The notes beneath the pieces are model-generated. The model saw only the letters and a program-made list of their open reading frames with translations. It made no database searches and had not been told where the DNA came from. A stretch of 64,000 bases of DNA from positions 193,903 to 257,902 of the forward strand of contig JAWOEX010000032.1 in the NCBI GenBank assembly GCA_046482545.1. Reading direction: 5' to 3'. Positions 59,510 through 64,000 of this stretch are shown here, in pieces (positions within the stretch are counted from its first letter, which is position 1; each line of letters starts with the position of its first letter). Source of the stretch: Candidatus Thorarchaeota archaeon. GTDB taxonomy: Archaea; Asgardarchaeota; Thorarchaeia; Thorarchaeales; Thorarchaeaceae. Position numbers and translations under genes: made by a program.

Positions 59510-60490
59510 TCAGAGGTTGATTAGGTGTCCCACACTACCATCAGTATATGCGTCGGGCATCTTCTCAAACATACGCCTTTCACCACTGGACCCGGTACAG
59601 TGAGTTGGGACCAGAAGTGACGGCTTCATAGAGGAAAGGTCCTCAATGGTTTGCTCTATGAGTTCCCCTGTTTCGTCCTCAACCAAGTGGAAGCCACCTA
59701 TGATGGCAAAAATGCTGTCGGAAACAGCCAGTCTCTTGGCTTCCAAAGTTGTGTTGACGATTCCTGCATGTCCGCAACCTGTCATTACTACTAGCCCAGT
59801 ACGGTCTGACTTGGCTATGAGACATCTATCATCGAGTATCTGCTCATCCTCCTGCCACTCGCCTTCAATTAGCGCCATATGGCCTGGGAATCCCTTCTCG
59901 TAGCTGGTCTGGCGTGGGATTTCACCGCTGACAACTAGAAGGCCGTCTGCTAGTGTAACAGCCTCTCTAGTAATAACAGGTTTTCCTCCTGCACTCTTTA
60001 TCTCTTCTACTGTTGGAATAGAATCCAGTTTACGAAGTTCCCCTGTTTGTTCGTTTCTGATTGCCCGCTCGTGAAACATATCTGGGTGTAGATATACGGG
60101 TACCTCGGGCTTCCGTACATTGTTGAGAGCCCAAATCAGGCCGCCTGTGTGATCCCAATGGCCATGAGAGACTACAACCGAGTCGATAGATTCTAGGTCT
60201 AATCCCAGAACCTGTACGTTATGAGCAAACAGCTGGTCCGAGAGACCTGTATCATAGAGCACAGAGTACTTTCTGTCTTCTCCATAGGCTGTAACAAGCA
60301 TAGATATGCCGTGACCGCCCCACACATACTTGGGGTCGTGTTTTTCTCTATTGACCCAGCTAGGAGCTGGCCTGATGAGATTGCTTCTCGGTTTTGAAGC
60401 CCAGTTTACTGGATTATCAACAACCATTACGACTTCTAACTTACTCAGATTGGTAATTGTATTCATGGTTGCATCGACCACATGATTCAT
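59510..60490 (-). CDS. MBL-fold metallo-hydrolase (MJ0448/pterin-related subgroup)
   Basis: HG.S, YDTG, SHGHWDHTGG, GCGHAG, GGFH, P.HCTG. Confidence 0.88.
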   Translation of the reverse strand: MNHVVDATMNTITNLSKLEVVMVVDNPVNWASKPRSNLIRPAPSWVNREKHDPKYVWGGHGISMLVTAYGEDRKYSVLYDTGLSDQLFAHNVQVLGLDLESIDSVVVSHGHWDHTGGLIWALNNVRKPEVPVYLHPDMFHERAIRNEQTGELRKLDSIPTVEEIKSAGGKPVITREAVTLADGLLVVSGEIPRQTSYEKGFPGHMALIEGEWQEDEQILDDRCLIAKSDRTGLVVMTGCGHAGIVNTTLEAKRLAVSDSIFAIIGGFHLVEDETGELIEQTIEDLSSMKPSLLVPTHCTGSSGERRMFEKMPDAYTDGSVGHLINL

Positions 60491-60620
60491 CACCCACACC
60501 CAATAAAGACAGTTTCGATTGAGGGCAAGGAATGCACCACACTCCTGCAAAGGGTAGCAGGTTGCTTCAGCTAATTATTGTTTCATACTGCTTTTGGAAC
60601 TATCATCCGAGTGAGAAAGA

Positions 60621-61934
60621 TTAGGCGGCTCTAAGGTATTCCTCAATTTCCCAAGAGGTAATTCTATCCTCGCCCCCTAACTCTATTCGTTTCTTGTATC
60701 TTTCCCACTCACTGGACCTGAGCTCAATTATCATGTCAACTAGCTGGTGGCCCAATGCTTCTTTCAGGAGTCGATCCTTTTTCAATTCAGCTAGAGCGTT
60801 CGGTAGACTGGTCGGTAGTAAATCGGTTGTAGATTCTCCTTCAAACAGGTTGTCACAAGTGGGTTCAGGTGGTTCGATGTGTTCTTGGATTCCGTGAATT
60901 CCAGCCGCCAACATTGCAGCAAAAGCTAGGTACGGACTGCATGAAGGGTCGGGGCATCGACACTCTATCCTTGCATCTTCCTGGACGCCACTGGTTGCGG
61001 GTATCCTAATCATTCCCGTTCTGTTTTGTGGTCCCCATGCTATTCTTGTTGGGGCTTCGTATCCTGGTCGCAAACGTTTGAAGGAGTTCACTGTTGGAGC
61101 CAGAATGGCAGTCAAGGCTGGTGCATGCCTTAGAAGCCCTCCAATATAGTATCTGGCAATCCTTGATAGCCCCTTGCCAGCCCCATCTGCAAACAGGTTA
61201 GTCGATTGAGTTCTGTCCCAAAGGCTTTGATGTATATGGAATCCACTGCCGTTCTGTCTTTGGAATGGTTTTGGCATGAAAGTTGCAACAAGTCCTTGCT
61301 TGTGAGCCATTTCTGCAACTGCTAGCTTTGTTAACATGATATCATCGGCAGTTGTCGAAGCGTTGTTGTACCTGATACCTATCTCGTGTTGTCCTTCAGC
61401 GACTTCATGATGATGGGCGGTGGTTTCTATTCCCATGGAAGTGAGTGCTCTAATGACCTTTCTTCGGAAATACAGTCCGTTATCTGCGGGTATTACTGAG
61501 AAATAACCACCATTGTCAGCTGGGGATATGCTTGCTTCCTCATCTTCATTGACTAGGAAGAACTCCAATTCGCAACCAACGAACAAATACAACCCCTCCT
61601 CTTCAGCCTTTTTTACCACGCCCTCAAGGATTCCCTGAGGATCGCATGGATGTCGTTGTTTTGGTGTCTTGTATACTGAACAGGGTACGACAACAACCTC
61701 ATTATCCCATGGTGGTTGCACTCGTCGCTCTGATGAAGGCACTAACAACAAATCACTAGAGTTGACTCGAGCATATCCGGGAACCGAAGACCCATCGAAG
61801 AAAATACCGTATTCATTGAGTTCATTCATTCGGTCATAGGTGATTTCTATCATTCGTGTGCTTCCGAGTGGTGAAGTGAATAACAAGCGAATGAACTCTG
61901 GTGTGTTGTCTGCTCTTGATTTTATGTTTAACAA
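60621..61934 (-). CDS. glnA: Glutamine synthetase type I
   Basis: FDGSS, ELEFF, HHEV..GQHEI, FMPKP, NGSG.H.HQSL, RL.PGYEAP, NR...IRIP, RIE.R.PD. Confidence 0.9.
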   Translation of the reverse strand: MLNIKSRADNTPEFIRLLFTSPLGSTRMIEITYDRMNELNEYGIFFDGSSVPGYARVNSSDLLLVPSSERRVQPPWDNEVVVVPCSVYKTPKQRHPCDPQGILEGVVKKAEEEGLYLFVGCELEFFLVNEDEEASISPADNGGYFSVIPADNGLYFRRKVIRALTSMGIETTAHHHEVAEGQHEIGIRYNNASTTADDIMLTKLAVAEMAHKQGLVATFMPKPFQRQNGSGFHIHQSLWDRTQSTNLFADGAGKGLSRIARYYIGGLLRHAPALTAILAPTVNSFKRLRPGYEAPTRIAWGPQNRTGMIRIPATSGVQEDARIECRCPDPSCSPYLAFAAMLAAGIHGIQEHIEPPEPTCDNLFEGESTTDLLPTSLPNALAELKKDRLLKEALGHQLVDMIIELRSSEWERYKKRIELGGEDRITSWEIEEYLRAA

Positions 61935-62004
61935 CCTCCGGTATTTTCACTCTTGCCTCAGCAATACATGGAAAAATCCTCTATGTGAATAGGCCTTATT
62001 TTCG

Positions 62005-62083
62005 GCGGTGCAGACCTCAGGATAGGGCAACGCTGGAGAGGCAGGACAGGAGTTTTCCTTGAGGTATATTTGGCCTGCACCGC
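62005..62083 (-). promoter_or_regulatory. Structured element in the glnA 5' leader
   Basis: 9-bp stem GCGGTGCAG/CTGCACCGC plus inner stem ACCTCA(A)GGA/TCCTGAGGT; TATA-like TTTATA on minus strand at 62115-62120. Confidence 0.5.
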
Positions 62084-62173
62084 TCACTAATTTCAGGTAA
62101 GTCATGAGTTGTTGTATAAATATTTCGTCATCAAACCGAAATTGTTTTCAATTTATTCAGTCAAATACTTCAT

Positions 62174-62698
62174 ATGACCGAAAAAAATTCAGTCAAATTG
62201 GATGAGAAAGATATTACAATTCTGAGCTTACTACAGGAAGATAGCAGTAGGACAATTGCCAATATTGCAGAAGAAGTAGGTCTTGGAATTTCCACTACCC
62301 ACAACAGAAAGAAAGCCCTTGAGGAGGATGGTGTGATTAAGGGTTATCATGCCGAACTTGATGGCGATAAACTGGGTCGTTCCACAGTTGCGTTCATACT
62401 CACCACAGTCAGATATCGAGTCCCGGGCCAACCCGAAGTATTGTCGCAAAGGAAGTTTTGTGATGATATCAAGCAACATCATCTGGTCCAAGAGGTACAT
62501 GTCATCAGTGGGGAATACGATGTTCTGTTGAAGCTGAGGGCACGGGATGTAGAAGAGGTCAATGACTTTGTGGTGGATTTCCTCCGTCAAATCCCTGCAG
62601 TAGATCGGACACTTACTATGTTTGTAATGGAGGAATTCCTCTCTACACTAGCAATTCGAGGTTTGGCACAGTCCCAAACTCAACTAGAAGTAGAATAA
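62174..62698 (+). CDS. Lrp/AsnC family transcriptional regulator
   Basis: LDEKD..IL..LQ.D.......IA..VG......H.R...LE..GVI.GY; SGEYD.L.K RAM domain. Confidence 0.93.
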   Translation: MTEKNSVKLDEKDITILSLLQEDSSRTIANIAEEVGLGISTTHNRKKALEEDGVIKGYHAELDGDKLGRSTVAFILTTVRYRVPGQPEVLSQRKFCDDIKQHHLVQEVHVISGEYDVLLKLRARDVEEVNDFVVDFLRQIPAVDRTLTMFVMEEFLSTLAIRGLAQSQTQLEVE

Positions 62699-62840
62699 CG
62701 CTTTCAAATGGGGGATTCCAATCCTCAGCAACGACCACAGCAGGTCAGTAGTGGTGTTTCCTGAAAAAGAGAAGATGCCTACCTAGATTCTTGCTTGATC
62801 AGCTTGGTTCCTGAATCCCCTCTAACTCGAAGAGAATGGC

Positions 62841-63998
62841 TCATTCATCAATACTGGGAAAATAGACCCGAAATTCAGCCCCTTTGGAATGGTCTGTTGG
62901 AACCCTGTCCTTTACGTGAACATAGCCACCGTATTTTTCAGCTATCTGTTTTGCTTGATGCAGGCCGATACCCCCGTATCTTCTGCTCGAATCAAACATC
63001 TCTTCCTTTCTCCTGTCTGAGAGTCCCGTTCCATTGTCGCTGACTGAAAGCTCGAATCCGTTGATGTCCTCGAAAAGATTAATCCAGACTCTTTTCGTTG
63101 AATTGGGATTCTTTTGTACGGCGTTTTCTATGAGATTCATAATCAAGTACTCAAGATACTGATCGGCAGCAATGATTGCTTCTTGGGTTTCAATTTGGAT
63201 TTCGAATTCTGCATCTCTGAAACGTGCTTTGCATTGTTCTATCACCTTAGCAACTGCATGGTCTAGTCTTCTTGGTCTAAGTCGGCTATTGCGCAGACCT
63301 TCCGTTGATTTTACTTTGTCTACTAAACGTGATATTCTTCGCACACTTTCTTTTAATGTGTTTAGCGCGGCTTCAGTTGTTTCCTCGTCTTCGGAGGACT
63401 CTAACATATCCACTCCTATTCTCATCCCTTGGAGGTGATTTCTGATATCATGTCCAAGCAGATCGAGATACAGATATGCTGCTTCCTCAGCTCTCTTGAG
63501 TTGAGTAATTTCGCTGAGTGTCCATACACGGCCAATCAAGTTCTCTTCTTTCGTTATCGGGGCAGTATACCATTCAAACGCTCTTCCATCTCGAAATTCG
63601 AGAATTCCCGAATCTCTCTCGATGGTGGTATTAATGCTTTCAAGGGTTTCAATAAACTCATCAGGTTGCTTCAGCAGAGATTTCCATTCCTTAAACATAT
63701 CAGATATACTCATCACACTCATCTTTGTTGGATTGACACTGCATACTTCAGCGAATCTGTTGTTCCAGTACATTGGATAGCCGGAATCATCTACTACCAA
63801 TATACCGTCATTAATAGTCTCAACTGTAGCTGTATACAATTCTTCTACAGTTTCAAGAGCCCTTCTCGCTTCTACGCGTTTGGTAATCTCTTTTACAGAT
63901 GCAATTATATCCGTACCGTTTTCATGAAGAGAAATTTTCGCTGAGAACCATATGTCCCTACCATCAATCTCAATCTTGTAATTAATGATTTCACTCTC
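62841..63998 (-). CDS. PAS-domain sensor histidine kinase (5'-partial)
   Basis: PAS/PAC, HDIRNHL H-box, NLIENA N-box, DNGTG, GGIGL; frame open to window end. Confidence 0.92.
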   Translation of the reverse strand, partial: ESEIINYKIEIDGRDIWFSAKISLHENGTDIIASVKEITKRVEARRALETVEELYTATVETINDGILVVDDSGYPMYWNNRFAEVCSVNPTKMSVMSISDMFKEWKSLLKQPDEFIETLESINTTIERDSGILEFRDGRAFEWYTAPITKEENLIGRVWTLSEITQLKRAEEAAYLYLDLLGHDIRNHLQGMRIGVDMLESSEDEETTEAALNTLKESVRRISRLVDKVKSTEGLRNSRLRPRRLDHAVAKVIEQCKARFRDAEFEIQIETQEAIIAADQYLEYLIMNLIENAVQKNPNSTKRVWINLFEDINGFELSVSDNGTGLSDRRKEEMFDSSRRYGGIGLHQAKQIAEKYGGYVHVKDRVPTDHSKGAEFRVYFPSIDE

Positions 63999-64000
63999 TC

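Noticed and set aside
1-64000. CRISPR array, rRNA or intact tRNA
   Set aside because: No regularly spaced repeats or canonical cloverleaf/rRNA signatures seen by eye

Overview
Archaeal genomic DNA, most likely from an Asgard archaeon (Thorarchaeia-like; inferred from an Arf/Rab-like small GTPase, a longin-like protein and coiled-coil/winged-helix proteins, not from a marker gene). 1-3.4 kb is a tight small-GTPase/coiled-coil/wHTH operon. 3.5-17 kb holds metabolic and hypothetical genes interleaved with four pieces of one degenerate IS-derived repeat. About 17-53 kb is an accessory catabolic island: two MFS, a peptide ABC transporter, five C45 Ntn-hydrolases, M19/M20/M24/AstE hydrolases (some with altered metal ligands), two MmgE/PrpD proteins, several PLP enzymes and an aspartate dehydrogenase-like protein, plus a duplicated, decaying module, three IS5 relics, a PEPCK pseudogene and an orphan nuclease. 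53-58 kb is a head-to-head pair: a subtilase resembling eukaryotic Site-1 protease and a P2-like ATPase whose ion-binding PEGLP motif is replaced by PINIP. The window ends with panB, DUF1858, an MBL hydrolase, glnA with a structured leader, an Lrp regulator and a partial PAS histidine kinase. No rRNA, intact tRNA or CRISPR array was seen. Family calls come from motif recognition by eye, and comparisons to known proteins are from memory; no searches were run.
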